DNA of 64,000 bases from an uncultured Acidobacteriaceae bacterium. GTDB taxonomy: Bacteria > Acidobacteriota > Terriglobia > Terriglobales > Acidobacteriaceae. The notes beneath the pieces are model-generated. The model made no database searches, had not been told where the DNA came from, and saw only the letters and a program-made list of their open reading frames with translations. Location of the stretch: positions 8,089 to 72,088 of the forward strand of contig CAWAZE010000020.1 in assembly GCA_963786405.1 (NCBI GenBank), in the 5' to 3' direction. Position numbers and translations under genes: made by a program. The first letter of the stretch is position 1. Each line of letters begins with the position of its first letter. Positions 41,793-52,134 of the stretch are shown here, piece by piece.

Positions 41793-41910
41793 GACAACTC
41801 CATTCTGACTCCTCATCCGTGATTGGTTGAAGTTGGTTTGACCCCGCTGTGGGGCAGTGCCTATCGTTAGCAGGGTACAGGACCGTTGCTCGAAAGGAAC
41901 AGGAACACCC

Positions 41911-43065
41911 ATGACCGTTTCTGAATCGACCGTTGCTCCCGCTCTCAAGAAGACCGCTCTCAATGCAACGCACCGCGCTCTCAAGGCGAAGATGGTGGAC
42001 TTTGGCGGGTGGGACATGCCGGTAGAGTACCCGTGCCCGGGCGGTGGATTGATCGCGGAGCATCTGGCGGTGCGGACGGCTGTGGGGCTGTTCGACGTGA
42101 GCCACATGGGCGAGATTCAGTTTCGCGGGCCGGGGTCGCTGAATGCCGTGCAGCACATCACGATGAATGATGCGTCGCGGCTGAAGGACGGGCAGGCCCA
42201 CTACTCCGCGCTGCTGACGCCGCAGGGGACGTTTGTCGACGACATCCTGGTGCACAGGCTCAGCGAGAACGACTACATGCTGGTGGTGAATGCGGGGACC
42301 AAGGACAAGGACTACACGTGGATTCGGCAGCAGGCCGGCGGATTTCCGTCGATTCATCTGAGCGATTACTCCAGCTACTATTCGCAACTGGCGCTGCAGG
42401 GACCGCGGGCGCTTGAGACCTTGCAAAAGCTGACCAAGGTGGAACTGGGCGCGATCAAAAACTACTGGTTCACCTGGGGCACAGTGGCGGGGATTCCGAA
42501 CGTGATGATTGCGCGCACCGGCTACTCAGGCGAAGACGGGTTTGAGGTGTATCTGCCGAACGATGAAGCCACAACGGTGAAGATGTGGAATACGCTGCTG
42601 GAGGCGGGCGCGGAGTTCGGGATCAGGCCATGCGGGCTGGGAGCGCGGAATACGCTGCGGCTTGAGGCGGGAATGAGTCTCTACGGGCACGAGATTTCAG
42701 ACGAGATCAATGTGCTGGAGTCCGGGCTCGATCGCTGGCTGAAGCTGGACAAGGGTTCTTTTATCGGACGTGACGCCTTGCTGGCCGTGCAGGCCTCAGG
42801 CGGCCCGAGTCGGAAGATTATTGGCCTTGAAATGGTGGAGCGGGGCATAGCGCGCGACGGTTACCCCGTGCTCGATCTTGAAGGAAACCCCATCGGAACG
42901 GTGACCTCAGGGTCGCCTGCGCCGTTCCTGAAGACCAACATTGCGATGGCGCTGGTTCCCGCAGCCGTTGCGGCAAGCGGCGGGGATGTGCTGGTTGACG
43001 TGCGCGGGAATCGCGTGCGAGCGAAGCAGGTTCCGATTCCGTTTTACAAGCGGACGAAGCACTAG
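41911..43065 (+). CDS. gcvT: glycine cleavage system aminomethyltransferase T
   Basis: MVDFGGWDMPVEY, GLFDVSHMGE, ARTGYSGEDGFE, GLGARNTLRLEAG. Confidence 0.96.
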   Translation: MTVSESTVAPALKKTALNATHRALKAKMVDFGGWDMPVEYPCPGGGLIAEHLAVRTAVGLFDVSHMGEIQFRGPGSLNAVQHITMNDASRLKDGQAHYSALLTPQGTFVDDILVHRLSENDYMLVVNAGTKDKDYTWIRQQAGGFPSIHLSDYSSYYSQLALQGPRALETLQKLTKVELGAIKNYWFTWGTVAGIPNVMIARTGYSGEDGFEVYLPNDEATTVKMWNTLLEAGAEFGIRPCGLGARNTLRLEAGMSLYGHEISDEINVLESGLDRWLKLDKGSFIGRDALLAVQASGGPSRKIIGLEMVERGIARDGYPVLDLEGNPIGTVTSGSPAPFLKTNIAMALVPAAVAASGGDVLVDVRGNRVRAKQVPIPFYKRTKH

Positions 43066-43092
43066 TCTCTCGAATCCAAATCTGATCGTGAT

Positions 43093-43632
43093 TCAGGCGC
43101 TGTGCCCGTTGCACTGGAGGACGCCGAGGAAGGCGGACCAGGGGCCGACGGCTTCGCGGTACTGGTGCGCCATGATGCGCGAAACCTGATGGATGTGAGT
43201 GAGGTCGTGCGCAGCCCAGGTGGCGAGGAGCTGGGAAAGCGTGACGGCGCCGAACGTGGGATGACAACCGCACAGATCCAACTGGGCCGGTTGCAGGTTG
43301 AGGGCGCGAAGGTCGTCGAGAGCCGCGGAGCGCACGCGGGCAAATTCATCGAGCAGTTGGGGCAGAGTTTTTCCATCGCACTCTTTGACGTGGCCTCGAC
43401 GATCGAAGGGCTCGAAGGGGCGCGTCTCGCCGCGCTCCAAAATCATGCGGGCACGTGGCAGCCAATCGGCGCGATCAGCATGGATCAGGTGGCCAATGAC
43501 GTCAGGCACGGTGAAGGTCTCCCCACCTTCGTTGTGGATAGTCCAGTCGTCGGGCAGATCGCGGAGAAGTGCGTTGAGAGTGGCGGGGGTGCGGGTGAGA
43601 AGTGCGATGGTGTGGAGAAGGTTGTGGTGCAC
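43093..43632 (-). CDS. DinB family protein
   Basis: DVIGHL, HPTFG.VTL.QLL.TW..HD..H. Confidence 0.85.
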   Translation of the reverse strand: MHHNLLHTIALLTRTPATLNALLRDLPDDWTIHNEGGETFTVPDVIGHLIHADRADWLPRARMILERGETRPFEPFDRRGHVKECDGKTLPQLLDEFARVRSAALDDLRALNLQPAQLDLCGCHPTFGAVTLSQLLATWAAHDLTHIHQVSRIMAHQYREAVGPWSAFLGVLQCNGHSA

Positions 43633-43755
43633 GATGGTCCTCGCATAGATGCGTCCGGTTCACGGGCTTTCAATGCCGGTCATTCTTACCACGCCCTGGC
43701 AAGTTAGAGGTCTCAAAATCGAGACCTTGGCACCCAGCGAAGTCGGCTCCCCCGC

Positions 43756-44343
43756 TCACACCTGCATAACTTCGGCTTCTTTCTTGCGGGAAAGCTCTTC
43801 CATGCGGCGGATCTCTTCGTCGGTCATCTTCTGGACCTCTTCGAGTGCGCGCTTCTCTTCGTCTTCGCTGATCTTCTTATCCTTGGCGAGCTTCTTGAGG
43901 GCGTCGTTGCCGTCGCGGCGAACGTTGCGGACCGCAGTGCGGTGCTCTTCGAGAACCTTGTTGACGTGCTTGACGACGTCGCGGCGGCGCTCCTCGGTCA
44001 TGGGCGGAACGGGGATACGGATGACCTTGCCGTCCGAGATGGGATTGAAACCGAGGTCGGAGGCCTGGATGGACTTTTCGATCTCCTTGAGGACGGTCGG
44101 GTCCCAGGGCGAAATCAGAATCAGCTGTGCCTCAGGCGCGGAGAGCTGCGCGATCTGGCTGATCGGGGTGGGTGTGCCGTAGTAGTCCACCTTGATCTGG
44201 TCGAGCATGTGAACGCTGGCGCGGCCGGTGCGCGTCGAGGCCAGGCTGGCCTGGAATGTAGCCACTGCCTGGTCCATGCGCCGCTTGAGGTCTGCGGAAA
44301 GTTCCTTGAGCGCCGGTATTCCGGCCATTGCCGAGACTGCCAT
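43756..44343 (-). CDS. frr: ribosome recycling factor
   Basis: RTGRAS, VDYYG, I.PWD, LGFNP..DG, PPMTEERR, VRNVRRD. Confidence 0.97.
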   Translation of the reverse strand: MAVSAMAGIPALKELSADLKRRMDQAVATFQASLASTRTGRASVHMLDQIKVDYYGTPTPISQIAQLSAPEAQLILISPWDPTVLKEIEKSIQASDLGFNPISDGKVIRIPVPPMTEERRRDVVKHVNKVLEEHRTAVRNVRRDGNDALKKLAKDKKISEDEEKRALEEVQKMTDEEIRRMEELSRKKEAEVMQV

Positions 44344-44419
44344 AGTGTTTCCTCGCGTGGTGCAGATTTCCAACGGCTATTTTAGCAACACGGACAGAGG
44401 GCGGCAGGCCTGGACGCGC

Positions 44420-45326
44420 TTAGGCCAGGACCGAGAGCCCGGTTGAAGCAGCCTGCTCGTGGGCGTGGTAGCTGGAGCGGACGAGCGGGCCGGATTCGAC
44501 GTGGCGGAAGCCCATCTTCAGGGCTTCGGTTTTGAGTTCGGCGAATTCGCGCGGCGTGTAGAGGCGCGCCATGGGCAGGTGGTCGCGCGAGGGGCGCAGA
44601 TACTGGCCGATCGTGAGAATGTCGCACTGGACCGCGGCGAGATCGCGGAAGACTTCAAGGAGTTCGCGGGTTTCTTCTCCGAGGCCGACCATGACGCCGG
44701 ACTTGGTCAGCCCTCCGGGCCTCAGTTCCTTGGAGTAGCGCAGCAACTCAAGAGTGCGCTCGTAACGCGCGCCGGAGCGGACGACGCGATAGAGGCGCGG
44801 CACGGATTCGGTGTTGTGGTTAAGAACCTCGGGGCGGGCATCAACGACGGTGCGGATGGCCTCCTGGTTGCCCTGAAAGTCCGGGATAAGGACTTCGACG
44901 CGGCAGCCGGGGGCCTGGCGGCGAATTTCATCGATCACCATGGCGAAGATCGCGCGCGCCGCCGATGAGGTCGTCGTCGCGGTTGACGCTGGTGATGACG
45001 GCGTGTTCGAGGCCGAGGGTGGCAACGGCTTCAGCGACGCGGCGGGGTTCGTCGAAATCGATGGGCTCGGGGCGGCCCTTGGGCACGGCGCAGAATCCGC
45101 AGCGGCGCGTGCAGAGGTTGCCGAGCATCATGAAGGTGGCGGTCTTGTGGTGCCAGCACTCGCCGATATTGGGGCAGTGGGCGCTTTCGCAGACTGTGTG
45201 CAGATTGAGCGAGCGGGCCAGCCGCTTGAGGTCGTGGTAGTTCTCGCCCACGGGCGCGCGGGCCTTGAGCCACTCGGGCTTGGGCGCGGGAACGCTGCGA
45301 GCGGGCGAGATTTGGACGAGGTCCAT
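44420..45326 (-). CDS. lipA: lipoyl synthase (apparent indel near 44955)
   Basis: [53 protein letters not shown]. Confidence 0.95.
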
Positions 45327-45380
45327 CAGTGGCTATTGTATCGGGGCGAAGCAGGGGCGGCTTGCTACACTGCGCAAGAT

Positions 45381-46382
45381 ATGACGGATGGAAACAGTTT
45401 TGCACGGTGGTGCCTGCTGCCGGTCGCAATGCTTGGAGGGTTTGCAGGCGCAGGAATTGCCCAGTCGTCGCATGACGCTGATCCTGCCGCGCAGAAAAAC
45501 GCGACTGTCGTTGACGTTGGAAAGCTGGGTGCGCACCCGGTGGTTGCGCTCACATTTGATGACCTTCCTGCTGCGGGAGCCTTGCCGGTGGTAATGACAA
45601 GGACGATGATCGCCACAAATCTGGCATCGGTTCTGAAGATCAACGGACTCGTGGGTACATACGGATTCGTGAATGCGGTGAAGCTGCAGAATGATCCTGA
45701 CGCGCAGGGTGCGCTGAAGGCGTGGGTGGATGGAGGCATGAACATCGGTAGCCACACCTGGTCGCACATGTCGCTCACCGCGAATACAGCAGAGGCATTC
45801 GAGAACGAAATCGCATTGAACGAACCGGCGCTGAAGGATTATGCCGGCGCGAGCGATTGGCATTGGTTCCGCTACCCCTTTCTCTGGGAGGGCGACACGC
45901 TGGAAAAGCGGCGTGCCGTCCGCGGATACTTGCGCGAGCATGGGTACAAGATTGCGCAGGTCACGCTGGACTTCGAGGACTACGCTTGGAACGACGCATT
46001 CGCACGCTGTATCGCGAAGCAGGATGATGCGGCGATCACGTGGTTGAAGCAAAGCTATCTCGACACAGCAGAGGAATACATCAAACTGGGGCGCGAGGAG
46101 CAGGAGATTGCATTTGGGCACGAGATTCCTAACGTGATGCTGCTGCATGCGACGGGGTTCACGACGTTCATGTTGCCTCAGTTGCTTGCCTTGCTGCGCA
46201 ACGAGGGGTTCCGTTTCGCAACGCTGCAAGAGGTGGAGAAGGATGCTGCGTATCGGCTTGATCCTGATGCAGCTCTTAAATATGGGGGAACGCTGCCGGA
46301 TCAGTTCATGGACTCACGGCACCTGAAGTATCCGCCGTTCAAGCCAAAGCCGTTTGATCGCTTGAAAAGCGTCTGCCAGTAG
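45381..46382 (+). CDS. polysaccharide deacetylase (CE4), exported
   Basis: VALTFDDLP, GSHTWSH, WFRYPF, VMLLH; signal peptide. Confidence 0.9.
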   Translation: MTDGNSFARWCLLPVAMLGGFAGAGIAQSSHDADPAAQKNATVVDVGKLGAHPVVALTFDDLPAAGALPVVMTRTMIATNLASVLKINGLVGTYGFVNAVKLQNDPDAQGALKAWVDGGMNIGSHTWSHMSLTANTAEAFENEIALNEPALKDYAGASDWHWFRYPFLWEGDTLEKRRAVRGYLREHGYKIAQVTLDFEDYAWNDAFARCIAKQDDAAITWLKQSYLDTAEEYIKLGREEQEIAFGHEIPNVMLLHATGFTTFMLPQLLALLRNEGFRFATLQEVEKDAAYRLDPDAALKYGGTLPDQFMDSRHLKYPPFKPKPFDRLKSVCQ

Positions 46383-46464
46383 CCTGCCACCTGAGATTCG
46401 AGAGCAAGACGCCCACGGCCAAAATTGAATCCAATTGATCAAGGAGACGGAGAGGAGGCCATCA

Positions 46465-46746
46465 GTGAGACGTCTGGTCATTGTGTCCGTGATATGCCTC
46501 GCGGCGGGTGTGGGCCTGATCTTCCGGTATTGCATAGGCACGACGAGTCTTCAGTTTGGAACTCCGATATCGTCTTCTTCTCTGCGCATGAACATCGTGA
46601 CGGCGGGGTGGCCGGCGCTCACGGGGCTGGCGCTGATCGCGCTGGGCGCAGTTCTGCAGATTGTGGCGTTCTTTGTTGCGGTGTCGGGGTTGATCTGGCG
46701 AAGCGACGACACGTTGAAGAGACGGGAGGAGCCGTTTGAAGAGTGA
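46465..46746 (+). CDS. small hypothetical membrane protein
   Basis: Two TM segments, GAGGAG RBS before GTG. Confidence 0.55.
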   Translation: MRRLVIVSVICLAAGVGLIFRYCIGTTSLQFGTPISSSSLRMNIVTAGWPALTGLALIALGAVLQIVAFFVAVSGLIWRSDDTLKRREEPFEE

Positions 46747-46787
46747 GAAGGGTCAGCGCTCCTCCAGCCAGGTCCGGGTCGGAAAGA

Positions 46788-47954
46788 TCACCGTGAAGTC
46801 ACTCGAATGAATCCGTGACCCACACTGTTCGCATCGTAGTAGTATCCCGTGATTGCCCCAAAATCGTTGAGGCCGGAAGGCCACGTAAAGACCGAACCGG
46901 GAGGATCGACCGTCGCAAACTTGCCATCGGGGCTGCGTAGATAGCCGCGGTACACAAAATTCGTGTCAATGTAGATTCCCGCGATCGCCCCCAGGTCGTT
47001 GAGCATTACCGGACAATCGGAAGGACAGCCCGTGCCTTCGTTGATGTCGGTGCCCGCACCGGGAGCGTCGAACGTAGTAATCTCGCCCCTGGGGCTGCGC
47101 AAATAGCCGTGATTCACACTTTTCGCGTCACTATAGATCCCCGCGATAGCCCCCAACTGATTGAGACCCAGCGCACAACCGGGACAACCTGTGCCTTGGT
47201 CGAGGCCTTTGCCCGCATCGGGAACGTCGAAGGTCTTCAACTTACCGTCCGCGCTGCGCACGAAGCTATGGTGAACAAAGTATCCGCTGTCGTCCTGGAA
47301 GCCTCCCACAAGCATCCCAAATGCATTGATATTGCTGGCTCCCGTCCCATAACACCCTTCCGAACCGTTTCCTGTGCACGCGTCTGGGCCCGTCCACGTC
47401 GTAAACTTTCCGTCAGGACTGCGCAGAAAGGCGTGGAACGCAAAATTCGAGTCGGAGTAGTAACCAACGACGGCTCCCCCCAGGTTAATGGCTAAGGGAG
47501 TGGTGCCATAACCGCCCGCACCGGGAGCGTCGAACGTCGTAAACTTCCCATCAGGACTCCGCAGGAAACCGTGACCGGTGCCGCTCACGTCCCAGTATTC
47601 TCCCGTGATCGCCCCTAGGTCGTTGATGCCAGTGGGATCCGTACCGTTGAAGGAACCGGCGGTGGTGTCGGCGCCGGGAGCCTGGAACGAAGTAAGCCCG
47701 CCATCAGGGCTTCGCAGGAACCCGTAGTACACATCCTTCACGTCAACGTAATATCCCGTAATCGCCGCCCAGTTGTTGATGCCGGCCGGAAAAGTGCCGT
47801 TATTGGATCCTGCGGTCATGTCCGCGCCCGGCACATCAAACTTGACGATCTTTTGTGCAGATAGCTGGACCCCCGGCAAAGCTGCCATGAAAAGCAGCAC
47901 GGCACACGGCGCAAGCGTAAAAGCGGCCCTGCAACGAATCGAAGTCGGTTTCAT
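46788..47954 (-). CDS. secreted repeat (beta-propeller-like) protein
   Basis: Signal peptide, then about 7 repeats of IN..GAITG.Y.D....HGFLRSPDG.FTTFD.PGA. Confidence 0.8.
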   Translation of the reverse strand: MKPTSIRCRAAFTLAPCAVLLFMAALPGVQLSAQKIVKFDVPGADMTAGSNNGTFPAGINNWAAITGYYVDVKDVYYGFLRSPDGGLTSFQAPGADTTAGSFNGTDPTGINDLGAITGEYWDVSGTGHGFLRSPDGKFTTFDAPGAGGYGTTPLAINLGGAVVGYYSDSNFAFHAFLRSPDGKFTTWTGPDACTGNGSEGCYGTGASNINAFGMLVGGFQDDSGYFVHHSFVRSADGKLKTFDVPDAGKGLDQGTGCPGCALGLNQLGAIAGIYSDAKSVNHGYLRSPRGEITTFDAPGAGTDINEGTGCPSDCPVMLNDLGAIAGIYIDTNFVYRGYLRSPDGKFATVDPPGSVFTWPSGLNDFGAITGYYYDANSVGHGFIRVTSR

Positions 47955-48130
47955 GCGGTAATCTCCTTCTGGAAACGGTCCACGGATCGCCTGAGCGTCT
48001 CCCCGGACAGGACAGAGGAATTCAGAATTTTGCGGAAATCGGGTGGAACCTGGCCGGGTCCCGAGTATAGCGCCAGCTTAGGGAGACTTGAAGTTAATTC
48101 TCCCTAACATGCGGGGGCCCCATCCCGCCT

Positions 48131-48352
48131 CTGGGTGCCCCATTCATGTGCAGTCTCATCGCGCATGAGTGGGAAACCACGTGCCTCAAAGCGCGAGAAC
48201 GCCAGGGCCCGTCGCTTGATCAGGTCTTGATAGGGCACGGCTTTAGCCGTGCCGCCGAAACCGCATGATGCCTGGGGCTTTAGCCCCAGAGAGGTGCTTC
48301 CCTGTGTGCCCCATTCATGCGCAGTCTCATCGCGCATGAGTGGAAAGCCACG
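48131..48352. repeat. palindromic repeat cluster B-C-B
   Basis: Two near-identical 51-bp copies GTGCCCCATTCATG.GCAGTCTCATCGCGCATGAGTGG (48131, 48302) around a family C element (48232-48293). Confidence 0.85.
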
Positions 48353-48404
48353 CCAAGATTCCTTGAGTTGCGGCATTTGCGCCAGTGACCGACAATGGTC
48401 TCCC

Positions 48405-48887
48405 ATGGAGACAATAAGGCGGGCGCGGATCACCTTCTTCGAACGCACGCTCGCGCGCCTTGACCAGCTCGCCCGCCTGCGCGGCCGCATCGGCAACCTG
48501 CCTGCGCATCTGGCACTCGGCATCGAGGGTGAAGACGCGGTCTTCTTCTACCTCAGGCGCAAGGGGTACACGGTGGTCGCGCGGCGCTGGTCCTCGGGCG
48601 ACGCACCCGGAGACATCGACCTGATCGCATGGCACGGGCCGGTTCTTTGCTTCATCGAAGCGAAAACCCGATCCGCCCGCACCGTTACGCCGGCCGAAGT
48701 CGCCGTCGACGGGCACAAGCGCGAAACTGTGCGCCGCCTCGCTCGCCGCTATATCCGGCAGCTCCCGCGGAAGACCGCTCCGCCGATTCGTTTCGATGTC
48801 GTCAGTGTGTATCTGGTACCCGGGCGGAAATCGGAGTTCGAACACTTCGAAGCCGCGTTCGGCTGGAGCGAGGACTACCAAAACTGA
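48405..48887 (+). CDS. yraN: YraN (UPF0102) family endonuclease-like protein
   Basis: LG..GED....YLRRKGY.VVARRW, GDIDLIA, FIEAKTR, RFDVV. Confidence 0.85.
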   Translation: METIRRARITFFERTLARLDQLARLRGRIGNLPAHLALGIEGEDAVFFYLRRKGYTVVARRWSSGDAPGDIDLIAWHGPVLCFIEAKTRSARTVTPAEVAVDGHKRETVRRLARRYIRQLPRKTAPPIRFDVVSVYLVPGRKSEFEHFEAAFGWSEDYQN

Positions 48888-48929
48888 CGCAAACCTGATT
48901 TGCGTTTGCTTACACACCTAAAACATGCA

Positions 48930-49062
48930 GTTATCCCGAGCGGCCGAACACTGAGCGAAGCGAAGTGGTAGGGAGTCGAGGGACCTGCATTTCTCTCTTA
49001 CTCATGCTGACAAACTGGGTGCCCCATTCATGCGCGGTTCCATCGCGCATGGGTGGGAAACC
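48930..49062. repeat. palindromic repeat cluster (family A 48930-48993, family B 49015-49062)
   Basis: Direct similarity to copies at 23757 and 48131. Confidence 0.85.
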
Positions 49063-49464
49063 TTGAACCATGACTTGTCATTCTGGGCCTGCACGCCTGG
49101 GCCCCGCCGAAGAGGTATCGTCCGTTGGCCAGGTCCGCCACGCAGAGAATTACCCCCATCCAGCGCACAATAGAGGTTGAATTTCGAACAGAAGAAGCCG
49201 GTTCGACATAAGGATCGACACCACAATGTGAGACAAAAACGCTCAATTCGCCCAAAATGCGCCCGTAACTCCAATGCTGAGAGGATTCTGCGGCTAAGTC
49301 CAATGCCGAGAGGATTTTACAGACACACCCCTCTCACAAACCATTGAAAACAAGGAATTTATTTACAGAATAGGGGAGGGGGAGGGGTACGAATACCACA
49401 ATACGAAACGCCTATCGTCAGCATGAAAATGACCACAGAATTCCCGGATCCGAGCCTGACCCGC

Positions 49465-49683
49465 TCAGCCCTTCGCGTCCTTGTACTCTTCGTGCCAGGC
49501 CATCTGTATCGCTTCCAGCCGAGACTCGTTCGATAACTTTGGATCGTCAGCGAATCCAGCCAACCCGGTCACGTATTGAAGCAGGTCCGTGAACCGCACG
49601 GTCAACGGATCAACCTCCGGATACTTCTCCTGCAACTGAATGCCGATCTCTTCGGAGTCAGTCCAATGGATCTCACGTGGCAT
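49465..49683 (-). CDS. iscX: Fe-S cluster assembly protein IscX
   Basis: WTDSEEIGI.L.E.YP..DP..VRFTDL...SNE..LEAIQMAW.EE. Confidence 0.92.
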   Translation of the reverse strand: MPREIHWTDSEEIGIQLQEKYPEVDPLTVRFTDLLQYVTGLAGFADDPKLSNESRLEAIQMAWHEEYKDAKG

Positions 49684-49740
49684 TTCGTCCTCTTTCGCCA
49701 AGTGCCCGGCTTGGCTGGTGAAGCGGTTCCGAGTTGACGG

Positions 49741-50154
49741 TTACTTGTTCTCGGCCATGGCCAGCGGCTTGCCCTCGGAGGTGTAGTTGCGATTCCACTT
49801 GGGAATCTCCACCACGTAGTTGCCCGGCTTGGTAATCACGGCCTGGCATCCGAGGCGCGAATTGAGCTGCTGATCCGCTGCCATGTCCATCCTGTCGAGC
49901 TCATCGTCGTCAGCTGGGCTGATGCCTTCCTGATCCTTGATCCACAGGTGGCACGTGGTGCAGGCGCAAACGCCGCCGCAAGCGTGGTCGAGAAAGACTT
50001 CGTGATTCTCCGCCACGTCGAGAAACGACATCGGCTTGCCGTGATGTTCATAAGGCATGGTGCCGAATTCGAATTCGACCGTCTTCCCCTCGGGAAGGAA
50101 CGTGACGCGCACCAGCTTGTCAGGAGGAATGTTCTTGTTGGTGGATTCGCTCAT
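49741..50154 (-). CDS. fdx: 2Fe-2S ferredoxin, ISC type
   Basis: HACGGVCACTTCH...SRLGCQ. Confidence 0.93.
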   Translation of the reverse strand: MSESTNKNIPPDKLVRVTFLPEGKTVEFEFGTMPYEHHGKPMSFLDVAENHEVFLDHACGGVCACTTCHLWIKDQEGISPADDDELDRMDMAADQQLNSRLGCQAVITKPGNYVVEIPKWNRNYTSEGKPLAMAENK

Positions 50155-50183
50155 ATGTATTGTCCTTCGCTGCGGACTTGATC

Positions 50184-52125
50184 TTACTTGAACTCCGCGG
50201 GCGCCATCGGATGCGGCGCGGTTACTTCGTCGCCCAGATCCTCGCTTGCCGCTTCCATCGTTTTCCCGCGAATCGCCGTTGTGACCGCGGCTTCCATCAT
50301 CAGCTCCGCAAATCGCCGCGTCGCCTGGTCGAGTGCGATCGTGGCTTCGCGAATTGCCGCAAGGTCGTCACCCAGCTTCACACTCGCCAGTCGATTGCGC
50401 GCCGCCTCAATCGCGGCCTGCTCCTCACCGCGCAATTGCCGCCACGCGGGATTCTCCGGCGCCCGCTCCACAGCGGAAAGGATCGTGTCAGCCTCGTTGC
50501 GTGCCTCAATCAACAGACGCTTCGCAAAGTCCTCCTCCGCATGGTCAAACGAATCGAGAATCATGCTCTCGACCTGCTCGTCGGTCAGCCCATATGTCGG
50601 CTTCACTTCAATCTGCGCAGCTTGCCCGCTGCGCTGTTCGCGCGCGGAAACCTGCAGGATTCCGTCGGCGTCAATCAGGAATCGCACCTCGATCCGCGGC
50701 AACCCCGCGCTCATCGGCGGAATGCCCTTCAGATCGAATCGCGCCAGCGACCGGCAATCGGCAGCAAGTTCGCGCTCTCCCTGCACAACGTGAATCGCGA
50801 CGTTTGTCTGGCCATCGACGCCGGTCGTAAAGTGCTCCGTCGCCGACGCCGGAATCGTCGAGTTGCGCTGGATGATTCTTGCCACCGTTCCGCCAAGCGC
50901 TTCGATGCCGAGCGAGAGCGGCGTTACATCCAGCAGCAACATCTCTTCGGTCGTCTTTGAAGCGCCCGCCAGAATGTCAGCCTGCACCGCCGCACCCAGC
51001 GCGACAACTTCATCAGGATTCAGCTCGATGTGCGGCTTCTTTCCGCGCGCCCCCAGATGGAACAGCTCATCCACCAGCTTGCGCACGGCAGGAATCCGCG
51101 TCGAGCCGCCAACAAGCACCACTTCGTCGATCTGTTCAGGCGTCACGCCGGCATCTGTCAGCGCCTGTTTGCACGGCCCGGCAGTGCGTTGCAGCACAGG
51201 CTCGATCAACTGCTCGAACACATCGCGCGGAATCTCTCGCTGATAGCGATCTCCATTCGGAAGTTCGATATCGAATCTTGCCGCCTGCTCTGACGAGAGT
51301 TGAATCTTTGCGTCGATCGCAGCCTTGCGCAATGCCTGCACCGCGCTGGGATGCTTGCGCAGATCAACGCCGTGTTCCGCGTGAATCTCATCCAGCGCAA
51401 TCGCCACCAGCAGGTTGTCGATGTCGTCGCCGCCAAGGTGCGTATCGCCGTTGGTGGACTGCACTTCGAAGATGCCGTCGCGCAGCTTGAGAATGGAGAT
51501 GTCGAACGTGCCGCCGCCAAGATCGTAAACGGCGATCGTGCCCACCTTCGCGCGATCCAGGCCGTAGGCAAGCGCGGCCGCGGTGGGCTCATTCACCAGC
51601 CGCAACACCTCGAGCCCCGCCATGCGCCCGGCATCCTTTGTGGCCTGCCGCTGCGCGTCGTTGAAGTACGCAGGAACCGTGATGACGGCCTGCGTCACGG
51701 GCGTTCCGAAGAATCGCTCCGCATTGCGCTTGAGCTGGCGCAGGATATAGGCCGAAATCTCCGGCGGCGTGAACCGCAGTTCGCCCAGTTGAATGCGCGG
51801 CACTTCACCGGCTTCGACATCGTCTGCCAGGCGAAACGGAAACAGCTTCAGTTCGCTCTGAACTTCCTCGAGGCCCGCGCCCCATCAGCCGCTTGACCGA
51901 ATAGATCACCCGCTCCGGCGTCTCAATCAGGGCTCTGCGCGCGCTGTTGCCCACCGTGACAGTCGGCCTGCCACCCTCTGGCGGCACGGGATCGAGCGCC
52001 ACAACCGACGGCACAAGATTTGAGCCGTCCACGCCGGGAATAACCACCGGCTTATCGCCTTCCATATATGCGACCAGGGAATTCGTGGTTCCCAGGTCGA
52101 TGCCAACTACGCGTCCTTCCGCCAT
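50184..52125 (-). CDS. hscA: Fe-S assembly Hsp70 chaperone (indels near 51805-51880)
   Basis: [60 protein letters not shown]; isc operon context. Confidence 0.92.
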
Positions 52126-52134
52126 GCTCCTCTT

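Noticed and set aside
41793-41910. Glycine riboswitch before gcvT
   Set aside because: Region is short and lacks the GGAGA / CCGAAG / CUCAGG aptamer motifs.
48131-48352. Two 51-bp repeats as a CRISPR array or IS ends
   Set aside because: Direct copies of a dispersed palindromic family; the spacer is itself another repeat; no transposase or cas gene.
49270-49316. TCCAATGCYGAGAGGATT repeated twice as a mini-CRISPR
   Set aside because: Only two 18-bp copies with an 11-bp gap and no cas genes; part of the intergenic repeat mosaic.
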